Assembly (NCBI GenBank): GCA_963713285.1
Contig: CAVQLA010000014.1
Coordinates: 140,566-204,565, forward strand
Source: an uncultured Chloroflexia bacterium
Lineage (GTDB): Bacteria > Chloroflexota > Limnocylindria > Limnocylindrales > CSP1-4
Length of the DNA stretch: 64,000 nt
Direction: 5' to 3'
The position numbers and the translations under genes are program-made. The notes beneath the pieces were generated by a model that searched no databases, was not told the origin of the DNA, and worked only from the letters and a program-made list of their open reading frames with translations. Shown one piece after another: positions 28,496-39,000 of the stretch. How positions within the stretch are numbered: the stretch's first letter is position 1; every line of letters starts with the position of its first letter.

Positions 28496-29467
28496 TCAGT
28501 TGACCCACCCGCAGGCAGCGAGCGATGCCGGCTCGTACCAGATGCGCTCGCGGGCGATCTCCCCGTTCTCGGCCTCGAGCACGACACCCACCCTCACGTC
28601 GCACGCCCCACCGTCCGGTCCTGCCGCACGGATCGCGAAGAGCCCGGCTGTGTCACCCGAGCCCGGCTCGGCGAAGCCCTGGAGCAGTTCCCACCGTGCC
28701 GCCGGCGAACCTGACCGACCGAAGAGCCGCGCGGCCGCCTCGCCGATCGCGGCGCGTCCGACGGCGTTGTCGACGAACAGGCCGTCCTCGCGCGTCGCCG
28801 ACCCGGCGTAGAGCGCGGCGACGGCCTCCGGGTCACCCGACGACCACGCGGTCGCGTACGCGTCGAGCAGGGCGGCATCGACCTCGGTGAACCGGTAGTC
28901 GTGGGTGCGGGTCGGGTCGATCAGGAGCTCCCAGGTGGCGATGCGGTCGCCGCGCGTCGTGAAGACGTGGAGCTCCAGGTCGATCAGCGGATCCAGGGCC
29001 GAGTAGGTCGCCTCGTCGACCACCAGCCCCCCGGCGCTCCCGAGGTAGGTGTCGAGGATGGCGACGCGGAAGCCCGTGGCGGTCTCGAGCTGACCACCGG
29101 CGAGCTCGACCATCGCCTCGACGCCGTCCCATTCCATCGAGCCGGAGGACAGGTGGACGTCGTCCGTGTACAGCCCGCGCATCGTCTCCGAGTCGCCTGC
29201 GCTCCAGGCCTCCGCGAAGTGCGCGGCGACCGCATCGAAGGCGGCGGCGTCGGCCGTGACCGCGGCGGCGGTGGGCGGGACTCCCAGCGTCGCCTGCGCG
29301 GCCGGCGTGACCGTCGGCGCGGGCGTGGGAGCCGGTGTCCCGGTCGGAGCCTCCGTCGGGACCGGCGTCGGAGTCGCCGGCGCGGGCGTCGTCGCGGCGG
29401 CGCCGCAGGCCGCCGCCAGACTGCCGGCCAGCGCGAGCGAGGCCAGCGAGCGAGCGATCGAGCGCAT
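28496..29467 (-). CDS. Secreted lipoprotein of unknown function (Ala/Pro/Thr-rich linker, two related C-terminal repeats)
   Basis: Start ATG at 29465-29467 preceded by GGGGAGG. Signal peptide with lipobox LAAAC|G. Last gene of the sigma/anti-sigma operon. Confidence 0.6.
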   Translation of the reverse strand: MRSIARSLASLALAGSLAAACGAAATTPAPATPTPVPTEAPTGTPAPTPAPTVTPAAQATLGVPPTAAAVTADAAAFDAVAAHFAEAWSAGDSETMRGLYTDDVHLSSGSMEWDGVEAMVELAGGQLETATGFRVAILDTYLGSAGGLVVDEATYSALDPLIDLELHVFTTRGDRIATWELLIDPTRTHDYRFTEVDAALLDAYATAWSSGDPEAVAALYAGSATREDGLFVDNAVGRAAIGEAAARLFGRSGSPAARWELLQGFAEPGSGDTAGLFAIRAAGPDGGACDVRVGVVLEAENGEIARERIWYEPASLAACGWVN

Positions 29468-29487
29468 GGCGATGACCTCCCCTGGTT

Positions 29488-30858
29488 CTACGGCGCCGAA
29501 CTCGACCTTGCCTCGGGCTCGAGCAGCCACTGCCACCGGCCGGTCGCGCTGAACGCGGCCATGCCGCCACCCGTGCCTCGACAGACGACCCGTGCGTTGA
29601 GCGCATCGCCGACCGGCGTCCTCGAGTCGCACCAGCCCGTCGCCCCGGCTCGGCCTTCGGTTGACCAGTCGTAGAGCGTCGTCCAGGCGTGGAGCCCAGC
29701 GTCATACCCCTCGAGGCTGGCGTCTCCCGCTCCGAACACGACTTGCCCGAGCTCCTCGTCGAACGCCGCCCCGCTGCCCGACGCGAACCAGCCGTGCCTG
29801 AGCTCGGGCGTGGTCACCCCGGGCACGCGACGCCAGGTGCTCGAGACGGGATCGAAGGTCCACGTCTCCGTGGGCCGACCGTCGGGAGGATCCGCGTACG
29901 CCACGAGCACGTTCGACACCGGGTCATATCCGAGGGCCATGAAGCCGACCGGCAGACCGGCGCCCGCGGGCATCGCCGGGTCCGGCCGCTGGCGCACCGC
30001 CGTCCACGCGTCCACGTCGACGTCGTACCCCCATAGGTCGGTGCCGTCGAAGACGACGACGAGCCCCGAGGGGTCGTGATACACCACGCCGTATCCGCCG
30101 GCCGTTCGATCGGTCACGGGGGCGTCGTCGTGGCGGGTCCAGCGGTTGGCCGAGAGGTCGAAGTCCCAGGTCTGGAGAGGGCCGCCGCCCGATGGCGCCA
30201 CGAGGGCCACGCTGCAATCGGAATCCGCGTCGAACGCCAGCCAGGCGGAAGAGCTCTGCCCCGCGGTCGTCGGGTCGAACGACGCAGCCGCCGGCTCGGA
30301 CGGGCTGGTGACCTGCCAGGTGTTCGTGCACACGTCGAACGTCCACGTCGGGGCCGTGCCGAGCGGCTCGGACAGCAGCACGATGCGGCCGGCCCGGCGG
30401 TCGAACGCCATCGTGTGCTCCAGGGGACCGCTGAGCTGGTCCGGCGGCCGGACCTGGGCGGCCGGCCCAGGGGCGTCCGGATCGGTGCCGGGTGGGCAGG
30501 TCGCGGCCGGCGGCAGCGCGTGCGCCCGCGTCGTCGCGAGCACATTCGTGCCCTGGTCCGCCGCCATCGACGGGCTCGGCGAGGTCGGTGGGACGACGGA
30601 GATCGGCGCGTCCCGCCAGGCCCCGACGAGCAGGGTCGAACCGAGGAGTGCCGCGAGCAGCAGGCCGGCCAACAGCAGCACCAGGGCCGGGCGCGGGACG
30701 GCGACCGGGGGCCAGGAGCCGAGCACCGCTCGCCGGTAGGGATGGGCGTCGGCGAGCCGGCGGGCGATCGCCGCGGCGTCGACCGCCGTCGGGACCTCGT
30801 CGAGGTATCGCCGGTAGGCCGCGGCGAAGCGCGCCTCGAAGACGTCGAGCTCAGGCAT
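29488..30858 (-). CDS. Membrane anti-sigma factor with extracytoplasmic beta-propeller-like (Kelch/YVTN-type) repeats
   Basis: N-terminal cytoplasmic helix, one TM (ALVLLLAGLLLAALLGSTLLV), then repeated blades with TWTFD / TWDFD / TWTFDP motifs. Overlaps the 3' end of the ECF sigma gene by 8 nt. Confidence 0.6.
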   Translation of the reverse strand: MPELDVFEARFAAAYRRYLDEVPTAVDAAAIARRLADAHPYRRAVLGSWPPVAVPRPALVLLLAGLLLAALLGSTLLVGAWRDAPISVVPPTSPSPSMAADQGTNVLATTRAHALPPAATCPPGTDPDAPGPAAQVRPPDQLSGPLEHTMAFDRRAGRIVLLSEPLGTAPTWTFDVCTNTWQVTSPSEPAAASFDPTTAGQSSSAWLAFDADSDCSVALVAPSGGGPLQTWDFDLSANRWTRHDDAPVTDRTAGGYGVVYHDPSGLVVVFDGTDLWGYDVDVDAWTAVRQRPDPAMPAGAGLPVGFMALGYDPVSNVLVAYADPPDGRPTETWTFDPVSSTWRRVPGVTTPELRHGWFASGSGAAFDEELGQVVFGAGDASLEGYDAGLHAWTTLYDWSTEGRAGATGWCDSRTPVGDALNARVVCRGTGGGMAAFSATGRWQWLLEPEARSSSAP

Positions 30859-31396
30859 CGTCGAGCTCCTTCCGGAGGCGGCCCATGACGCGCATCAGGC
30901 GCGCGCGCACGCCGGAGGCCGAGATCCCGAGGAGCGGCGCGATCTCCGCGGAGTCGAGGTCGGCGCCGTAGCGCAACGCGACCAGCGATCGTTCCTCGGG
31001 CGAGAGACGGCGCAGGGCGTTCACCAGGTCGAGCCGGCGGATCTCCGCCGGCGAGTCCACGGTCCGGGGGTCGGGCGGATCGAGATCGATCTCGACGACC
31101 CGTCCCGGGCGCTGGCGGCGAACCAGGTGCCGCGCCTCGTTCGCGGCGACGGCGACGAGCCAGGAGCGGAGGCTGTCCGGCTCCCGCACGGTCCGCAGCT
31201 TGCGCCAGGCGATCAGCCAGGCCGCCTGCACCGCGTCGTCGACCAGCGCCGGATCGCCGCAGATGCCGTAGGCCACGCGGACCATGTCCGGGTGATAGGC
31301 CGCCACGATGCGCGCGAACGCGGCCTCATCCCCCGCGACCGCCTGCTGCAGCGCCGCGGTGATCGCCCCGGTCGTCGTGAGACCCGTCATGCCCAA
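30851..31396 (-). CDS. ECF-type RNA polymerase sigma-70 factor
   Basis: Region 2 (YHPDMVRVAYGICGDPALVDDAVQAAWLIAWRKL) and region 4 (ALRRLSPEERSLVALRYGADLDSAEIA). The start is TTG 31396 or ATG 31390. Confidence 0.85.
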   Translation of the reverse strand: MGMTGLTTTGAITAALQQAVAGDEAAFARIVAAYHPDMVRVAYGICGDPALVDDAVQAAWLIAWRKLRTVREPDSLRSWLVAVAANEARHLVRRQRPGRVVEIDLDPPDPRTVDSPAEIRRLDLVNALRRLSPEERSLVALRYGADLDSAEIAPLLGISASGVRARLMRVMGRLRKELDDA

Positions 31397-31559
31397 GAGA
31401 GGCTTCCCGGGAGGCCTGCTGTTACGCGTCGCCTCGGCGAATCATCGGTCTTGCCCGCCAACCCTAGCGCCGGCCCGCGGAGACCGGCAGAGGCATTCGT
31501 ACCGGTCGCTGGCATACCACGACCCCCGGCGCGGCCACCTGGACCTCCAGCCCCGACGA

Positions 31560-31786
31560 ACCATGCGTTCGCGGCGGCGAACATTCGCGAGCGCAGCCTC
31601 GGCCAGGCCTGGCGCGATCGCGACTACGTCGCGCTGCGCGAACGGTTATTGGACTTCGACTTCGCCCCCTGCGGGACCTGCAACACCTGCGACATTGCCG
31701 ACGAGAACCTGGAGGACTGCTTCGGCAGCCCGACCCCGGCGTGCGGCGGCTGGCCCTGGGCGCAGGGGCTCATCCGCTGCCCCTAG
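31560..31786 (+). pseudogene. Possible 3' remnant of a radical-SAM SPASM/twitch-domain gene (Cys-rich C-terminus without an N-terminal body)
   Basis: Frame reads ...SLGQAWRDRDYVALRERLLDFDFAPCGTCNTCDIADENLEDCFGSPTPACGGWPWAQGLIRCP*. This resembles SPASM C-termini (cf. PqqE ...EIW..S.AF..FRG....PCRSC....GGC.C...). There is no in-frame start, and the upstream sequence in this frame is antisense to the sigma gene. Local GC is slightly lower. Confidence 0.3.
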
Positions 31787-32156
31787 CCTGCGGCGCGATC
31801 GCTTGGGCCGGCTCGCCCCCGCGTCCGCCTGGAGCGATACCAGGCCAGGTACTCGAGCAGCTCCTCCCGTTCGTCGTCCGTGAGATCGGCGAAGAGGGCC
31901 GCCCCCACGGCCTCGACAGGGTTCGCGTCCGACTCGCCGGGCACGTGATAGCCGGAGAGCCGCATGAGCTCCGCGTAGGGCACGGCAAGGGCCCGACCCA
32001 GCTGGTGCAGGACGTGCGGCGAGGGCCGCTTGACCGCGTTGTTCTCGAGCTTGTTGAGGTACGCCGGCGAGATGTCCGCCGCGCGCGCCGCATCGGCGGC
32101 CGACAGCTTGCGAACAAGGCGCGCCTGCCTCAGCACGGCCCCGATCGATGGCGCCA
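31783..32156 (-). CDS. XRE-family helix-turn-helix transcriptional regulator
   Basis: HTH VRKLSAADAARAADISPAYLNKLENN. GTG at 32156 preceded by AAGGAG; the ORF-track start at 32172 lacks an RBS. Confidence 0.75.
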
Positions 32157-32170
32157 CGGCTACTCCTTGC

Positions 32171-32207
32171 ACTACAGTAGATGATGATAACTACAGTTGA
32201 CAATACC
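32171..32207. promoter_or_regulatory. AT-rich operator/promoter element with direct repeat ACTACAGT-N11-ACTACAGT and a -35-like TTGACA
   Basis: ACTACAGTAGATGATGATAACTACAGTTGACAATACC lies in the divergent region between the XRE gene and the 32314 gene, and is strongly AT-rich against the roughly 72% GC background. Confidence 0.5.
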
Positions 32208-32313
32208 ATGCGTCCATGGTTCACTGCAGGCACAGCAGTGGCCGGAGCGTCGCCCGGCGGAGGTCATGAGGCCCCGCTTCCCCGGATGCCTGTGCAGGCA
32301 CACGGAGGCAGTC

Positions 32314-33045
32314 ATGGCCATCGATCAGGTCGACCGGACGGTCGCAGCCCAGGCACCCGCGATACTCGCGGAGCAGGAGACGGTGCCGCCAGTCCCGCCC
32401 GTTTCCTCCAGCCACGACGACCTCGACGCAGGCCCCGAGATGACGGCCCAGGAGCTCGCGAACGAACCCGGCACCACCGCCCCCGCCGACGATCTCGAGA
32501 CGGGCCGGTCGAGCGCCGTCCAGCGCGTGTCGGGCGCGGTGAGGATGGCCCGCACGGGTGTCGTCACGCTGGTCGAGCGGGCGCCCGGAGCCCTGCGCGC
32601 GACAGGCGCCGGGGTGCAGGGAACCACGAGCGCGCTGCAGCGGCTTCCCGACTCGACGCTTCGCTGGCTGGCCGCCGGCTCGGTTGGCCTCGCCGCGGGC
32701 CTCAGGCTCGCCCGTGCGCCGCGGCTGGTCAGGATGGCAGGGACGGCACCCGCGCTGCTCGTGGGCGCGGCCATCGTGCTGCGCCGGACCGAGCCGGCCG
32801 CCCCGGACCGCGAGGACGCCGGCGAGCCGACGGGAGGAAGGACCGAGATGACGGACGAGCACACCAAGGGCGCCATCAGCAAGGCAACGGGGACGGTCGA
32901 GGAGGGCCTCGGCACGCTGACGGGCGACAAGGAACGCCAGGTCCACGGCAAGGCCAAGCAGGTCCAGGGTAAGGCCCAGGAGGCCCTCGGCGACATCGGG
33001 GACGCGGTCGCAGAGGCGACGCACCAGGAGAAGAAGGGCGCCTGA
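32314..33045 (+). CDS. Membrane protein with C-terminal CsbD-like general-stress domain; an internal RBS+ATG at 32848 could also produce a stand-alone CsbD
   Basis: ATG 32314 preceded by ACGGAGG. TM segment around LRWLAAGSVGLAAGL...ALLVGAAIVL. The last 66 aa (MTDEHTKGAISKATGTVEEGLGTLTGDKERQVHGKAKQVQGKAQEALGDIGDA...) are in-frame CsbD and are preceded by GGGAGGAAGG. Confidence 0.6.
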   Translation: MAIDQVDRTVAAQAPAILAEQETVPPVPPVSSSHDDLDAGPEMTAQELANEPGTTAPADDLETGRSSAVQRVSGAVRMARTGVVTLVERAPGALRATGAGVQGTTSALQRLPDSTLRWLAAGSVGLAAGLRLARAPRLVRMAGTAPALLVGAAIVLRRTEPAAPDREDAGEPTGGRTEMTDEHTKGAISKATGTVEEGLGTLTGDKERQVHGKAKQVQGKAQEALGDIGDAVAEATHQEKKGA

Positions 33046-33079
33046 TCCCGCGAACTGGGCCTCCCGGCCGGCATGAGGC

Positions 33080-36000
33080 CTAGCCGAGGACGACCCGGAC
33101 CCGGTGCGTGGCGCCGTCGTCGACGAGCGGGATGGCCGCGCCGCCGCCGGCCAGCACCTGCCCGTCGAGCTCCGACGAAGCGACGCCGCGGCTGACACCG
33201 TTCGGGTTCTCCACGACGATCTCGTACCTGGCAGAGCGATAGCGGAAGTCCATCTCGTAGCTCGGCCAGGCCCGGGGGATGCAGGGATCGACGTGGAGCG
33301 TCGTGCCTCGCAGGCGGAAGCCCAGGATCCCCTCGACGCCGGCCTGGTACATCCAGCCCGCCGACCCCGTGTACCAGGTCCAGCCCCCGCGGCCGACGTG
33401 CGGAGGCTCGGTGTAGACATCGGCCGCCATGACGTACGGCTCGACCTTGTAGCGATGGACCCCGGCCCTCGTGCTGGCGTGGTTGATCGGGTTCAGGATG
33501 GAGAACAGCTCGCCCGCCTTGTCGCCGTCGCCCAGGGCCGCGTAGGCGAGGACCGACCAGATCGCACCGTGGGTGTACTGGCCGCCGTTCTCGCGGATGC
33601 CGGGCAGATACCCCTTGACGTACCCCGGATCCACGTCGGAATGGTCGAACGGCGGGGTGAACAGCAGCACGAGGCCGTCGCCCCGCCGAATGAGGTACTC
33701 CTCCACTGCGGCCATCGCCCGCTCGGCGTGGGCTGGATCGGCGGCTCCCGACAGGACCGCCCAGGACTGGGCGATCGAGTCGATGCGGCACTCCACGTTC
33801 TGGGCGGAGCCGAGCGGGGTGCCATCGTCGAAGAAGGCTCGGCGGTACCAGTCGCCGTCCCAGCCGTGACGCTCGAGGGCCCGCCGCAGGGACTTCATGC
33901 GGGCCCGCCACCGCTCCGCGCGAGGACGATCGCCGCGGGCCTCGGCGATCGGCGCGAAGGCGGCCAGGACGGTGTGCAGGAACCAGGCCAGCCAGACGCT
34001 CTCGCCCCGGCCCTCCGCGCCCACCCGGTTCATGCCGTCGTTCCAGTCGCCCGACCCGATGAGCGGCAGCCCGTGCGCCCCGACGGCGAGGCTCCGGTCG
34101 AGGGCCGCCGCGCAGTGGTCGAACAGCGACGCCGACGCCGACGACGGGTCCGGCTCGAAGTAGGCGTCGGCCTGGTCCGGCTGGAGGGCGGGCCCCTCGA
34201 GGTAGGGGACGGTCTCGTCGAGGACCGACGTGTCGCCCGTCACGGCGAGGTAGCGATCGACCGCGTACGGCAGCCAGAGGCGATCGTCGGAGATCCGGGT
34301 CCGGACGCCCCGATCCGATGGCGGATGCCACCAGTGCTGGACGTCACCCTCGACGAACTGGTGGGCCGCCGCGCGCAGCAGGTGCTCGCGCGCGAGGTCG
34401 CGCCCCGTGGTCACCAGGGCGACGACGTCCTGGAGCTGGTCGCGGAACCCGTAGGCGCCGCCGGCCTGGTAGAACGCCGTCCTGGCCCACAGCCGGCACG
34501 CGAGCGCCTGGTAGATGAGCCAGCGGTTGAGCAGGATGTCCATCGAGCGGTCGGGTGTCCGCACCTGGACGGTGCCCTGCGTGTCATCCCAGAAGGTCGC
34601 GACCCGGTGCAGGCTCGCCTGGTGGTCGGCAGCCCGCGTGCGCCGGACGAGCTCCGCCGCCGCCGCGGCATCGTCCGCCTCGCCCAGCAGGACGAGCACC
34701 TGGGTCCGCGCCCCGTTGGCCAGCTCGAAGCTGGTCTGGAGGGCCGCGCACGGATCCAGCCCGGCGCCGACGGCTCCTCGCAGCCGGGATCCCCGCCCCA
34801 GGGCGGCGGGCCGCTCCGGGGACCCATTGCGGCCCAGGAACTCGGTCCGATCGGCCGTCCACGCCGCCTGGCGTCCGCCGAGGTCGAGGAAGGCGACCCG
34901 GCTGCCGAAGTCGATGTTCCACGGGTTGCGGGCGAGGAGCGCCCCGGACTCCGGCTCGAGGGCCGTGACGATCCTGGCTGCGCCGGCCCCGCGCGAGGTT
35001 CCCAGCGCCCACTCGGCGTAGGCCGTGACCGACAGGTGCCGGGTCCGCCCGGATCGGTTCTCGATCGTCAGCACCGAGATCTTCACGGGGTCGTCGAGCG
35101 GTACGAACTGGACGAGATCGAGGTGGATCCCACCGTGGAGGTGCTCGAAGCGGCTGTATCCGGCGCCGTGCCGGGCGATGTACGTCGACGCGTCGCGACG
35201 GATCGGCTGGATCGTCGGGCTCCACAGGTCGCCGCTCTCGTCATCCCGGACGTAGATCGCCTCGCTTGCCGGGTCGGTGACGGGGTCGTTGGACCACGGC
35301 GTGAGCTGGTTCTCGCGGCTGTTCCCCGACCACGTGTAACCCGCGCCGGACTCGGAGACGAGGAACCCGAACGACGGGTTGGCGATCACGTTCAGCCACG
35401 GTGCCGGCGTGGCCTGTCCCGGGCCGAGCATCGTGACGTACTCGCGGCCGCCGTCCGCGAAGCCGCCGAGGCCGTTGAAGAACTCGAGCTCGGGACGCGG
35501 CGCGGCCGCGTCGCTGCCGGACTCCCTCGAGGGCGGCGGTGCCGGGGGCCGGGCACTCGGCCCGGGACGCTCGAGGCGGATGACCTGGTCGGCGAGCGTG
35601 CCGCGGCGGCTCAGCAGGACGGCCCGGGCGGCGGCCTGGAGGAGCGTGCGGTCCTCGCTGGAGAGCTGGTCGCCGCGCAGGATGTGGACCCCGCCACGGC
35701 CGGGCTGGCCCTCGTGGGCCAGGGTCGACCGGCTGGTCCGCACCAGGGCCTCGAGCGAGTCGTGGAGGTTCTGGGCGTAGGTGGCGCCGTGCTCGTTGAG
35801 GATGACGAGGTCGACGTCGAGGAGCTTCAGCCGCCAGTACTCGTGGGCGCGGAGCAGCTGCCGAACGATGTCGAGGTCCTCGAGCTCGTCGATGCGGACC
35901 ATGACGATCGGCAGGTCGCCGGAGATGCCATGGGCCCAGAGGCCAGGCGCCCCTCGCTCGTTGCGTGCCAGCAGGGCCCCGGACGGTCGCAGCGAGGGGT

Positions 36001-39000
36001 CCGAGAAGAGGATCCGGTTGGCCAGGCGCTGGAAGAGATGGGCTTCGTCGCTCTCGATCCCCAGGTGATGCAGCTGGACCTGGGCCTGCGTCCACGCGAG
36101 GGTCGCCGCCCGCTCGAACGTGGCAGCCTCGCGGTACTTGTCGGCCAGGTCCAGGACCTGCTCGCGGGACTCGGCGACGACCGTGGAGAAGATCGCGTGG
36201 GCGGTCGCGCCCGGAGCGAGCCTGACCCGGCAGCGGAGGCTGAAGATCGGGTCCAGCACCGGGCCGACCGTGTTGGAGAGCGGACGCCCGTCGATCACGG
36301 ACACCGGCGAGCGGACCGACCGGCCCCGGCCCAGGAAGCGGGCGCGATCCGTCTCGTACTGCACGACCCCGTCCGCCTCCCCCTCGACCGCCGCGACATG
36401 CGCGGCCCAGATCGGCTGCTCGTCGCTGGATCGCGGACGGCGGGTCGCCAGGAGGGCGCCGATCTCGGGGGCGAACTCCGTCTGCACGAACAGGTTCTGG
36501 AACGCCGGGTGAGCGACATCCGCCGCCTGGGGCGCGAGGACGATCTCCGCGTAGGACGTCAGCTCGACCTCGCGAGCCTGCGAGCCGAGATTGGTCAACG
36601 AGACGCGGCGGATCTCCGCGTCGTGCTCCGTCGACACGACGATGGTCAGGCCGGTCGCGATGGAGCCGTCCCGACGCGCGAACTCGGCATGCTCCTCCGA
36701 GTAGGTGACCTCGTAGCTGTCCGCCTCGGCGCCGCTGGGCTGGTGCGTCGCGGACCAGACTGCGCCGGTCTGCATGTCGCGCAGGAAGAGGTAGCTGCCC
36801 CACGAGTCGCGTGTCACGTCTTCGCGCCACCGGGTGACGGCCATGTCGCCCCAGCGGCTGTAGCCGGATCCCGCTGCCGTCACCATGACCGCGTACCGCC
36901 CGTTCGAGAGCAGGTGCGAGCGCGGGATTGCGTCGTGGGGCGAGGTGAAGCGCCGGACGACCGGCGGCACGAGCTCGCGCACGTCGGCGGCGCTCTTCAC
37001 CTCTTCCGCCCGCGGCCGCGCCACGAGCACGTCGCGCGGCATCCGCTCCTGGAGCAGCAGCTCCGTGGCCTCGACGACCGGGTCGGCGTGGAAGCGGTCC
37101 ACCATCACGCGGTTGTTGAGGACGTTGCCGAGCGCAACCAGCGCCATCCCCTGGTGGTGCGCCATGTAGCTCTTGACCACCGCCACCGACTCGCCCTCGG
37201 GCAGCCGTCGCGCCGTGTAGTCGAGCGCCTCACGGAATCCGTACCGCCCGCCTGCCCCGGCCTTCGTCAGCCGGGTGAAGTTCCGGACCGCGGCCCCGGG
37301 GTCGACCATCGCCGCAAGGGCGGTCGCGTACGGCGCCACGACCACATCTTCGCTCAGGCCCCGCTTCAGGCCGAGGCCGGGCACCCCGAAGCCCGAGTAC
37401 TGGTACGTCTGCGCGAGGTCGCGCGCGTTGAACGCCGATTCGGAGATGCCCCATGGCACCCCGAGCTCCGCGGCGTAGCTCATCTGGCGCGCCACGACGA
37501 GCTCGTACGTGTGGTCGAGCAGGCTGTTGGCCGGAGCGCGCATGACGAGGGCGGGCATGAGGTACTCGAACATGGACCCCGACCACGAGATGAGGGCCGA
37601 GCCACGGCCGACGGGCGTCAGCGCGCGGCCGAGCCGGAACCAGTGGTCCGGCGCGACATCGCCCTTGGCGATCGCGAGGAAGCTCGCGAGGCGGGCCTCG
37701 GAGGCGAGGAGGTCGTAGTAGCTCGGATCCAGCGTGCCGTCCCGGACCCTGAACCCGATGGAGAAGAGCTTGCGGGTCGGGTCGAACAGGAAGCTGAAGT
37801 CCATCTCCCGGAAGAGCTGCTGGGCCCGGTCGGCGATCGCCTGGAGCCGTCGGACGAGCGTCGCCGCGGCCGGCGATCCTTCGCCGGGCTGCCGGTCCGG
37901 TGGATCGGACAGCTCGGCGATCGTCGGGAAGGCATCCACCGGTGCCAGGGGCCGCAGCAGCGCGAGATCCCGGACGTGGCTGCTCACTGACGCCCGGGCC
38001 GCCTCGGCCCATGTCACGAGATCGCCCTCCTGGCCCTCCTCACGCTCCGCGGTCAGGGCCGCGGCGACGTCCGAGAGGGTCCGGGCGTGGGCGGAGAGCT
38101 CGTCCAGGCGTGCCTCCCAGGCTTCGGGCGAGGCGGGGACGACGGAACCGGCCTCGGCGAGCGGCGCGAGGGCTTCGGCGAGCTGCCGCCGGGTGAGCGT
38201 CTGGCTTCGCCGGTCGTCGCCGATCGCGCCGGCAGCCTGGCGGGCCAGCGCGACCCCGTCGCCGATCCCGGCCAGCGCCGCCGCGACCGGAAGGGGCTGG
38301 TCGATCATCTGGCGGCAGGCATTCGAGAGCGCGAGCAGGTGGCCGGCGAGATTGCCGCTGTCGACCGACGACACGTACTCGGGCTCGAGCCGGTGCAGGT
38401 CGCGGGTGTCGTACCAGTTGTAGAGGTGCCCGCGGAACCGCTCGAGCCTGCCGATGGTCGAGAGGGTCGCCTCCAGGCGCTCGACCATCTCCAGCGTCCC
38501 GATCCAGCCGAGGTCGCGGGCCGTCACGGTCGCCAGCAGGTACATGCCGATGTTCGTCGGCGAGGTGCGATGCTCGACGACCGGCCGGGGATCGTCCTGG
38601 AAGTTGTCCGGCGGCAGCGCGTGATCCTCCGGGCCCACGAAGGTCTCGAAGAACCGCCAGGTCCGGCGCGCGATCAGGCGGAGTGCCCCGACCTCGGCCG
38701 CCGAGAGCTGCTGCGCAGCCGATTCGGGGGGCGGCAGGCTGACCCGGTGGGCGACGAGCGGCGCGACCAGCCACAGGACGACGAACGGTGCGGCGATCCA
38801 GGCCGCGCCCGGCTTGAGGGCGAGGACGAGCACGCCGGTGGCGATCGCGAGCGCGACGCCGCCCGCCATCTGCCGGTAGAACCCGGCGAGGTCGAGGTCG
38901 CGGCTGGCCGTGGCCTGCGCGGCGGTCATCCATTCGAGCAGGTTCCGCCGGGTGACGTACACGCGCGCCAGGGTTCGCAGGATCGCGTCGCCCATCAGCC

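Noticed and set aside
33104-37990. 1628-aa plus-strand ORF and many other long ORFs antisense to the cyclic glucan synthase and other real genes
   Set aside because: Arg/Pro/Gly-rich low-complexity translations are typical of wrong-frame reading in about 72% GC DNA. They are entirely contained within well-supported genes on the opposite strand.
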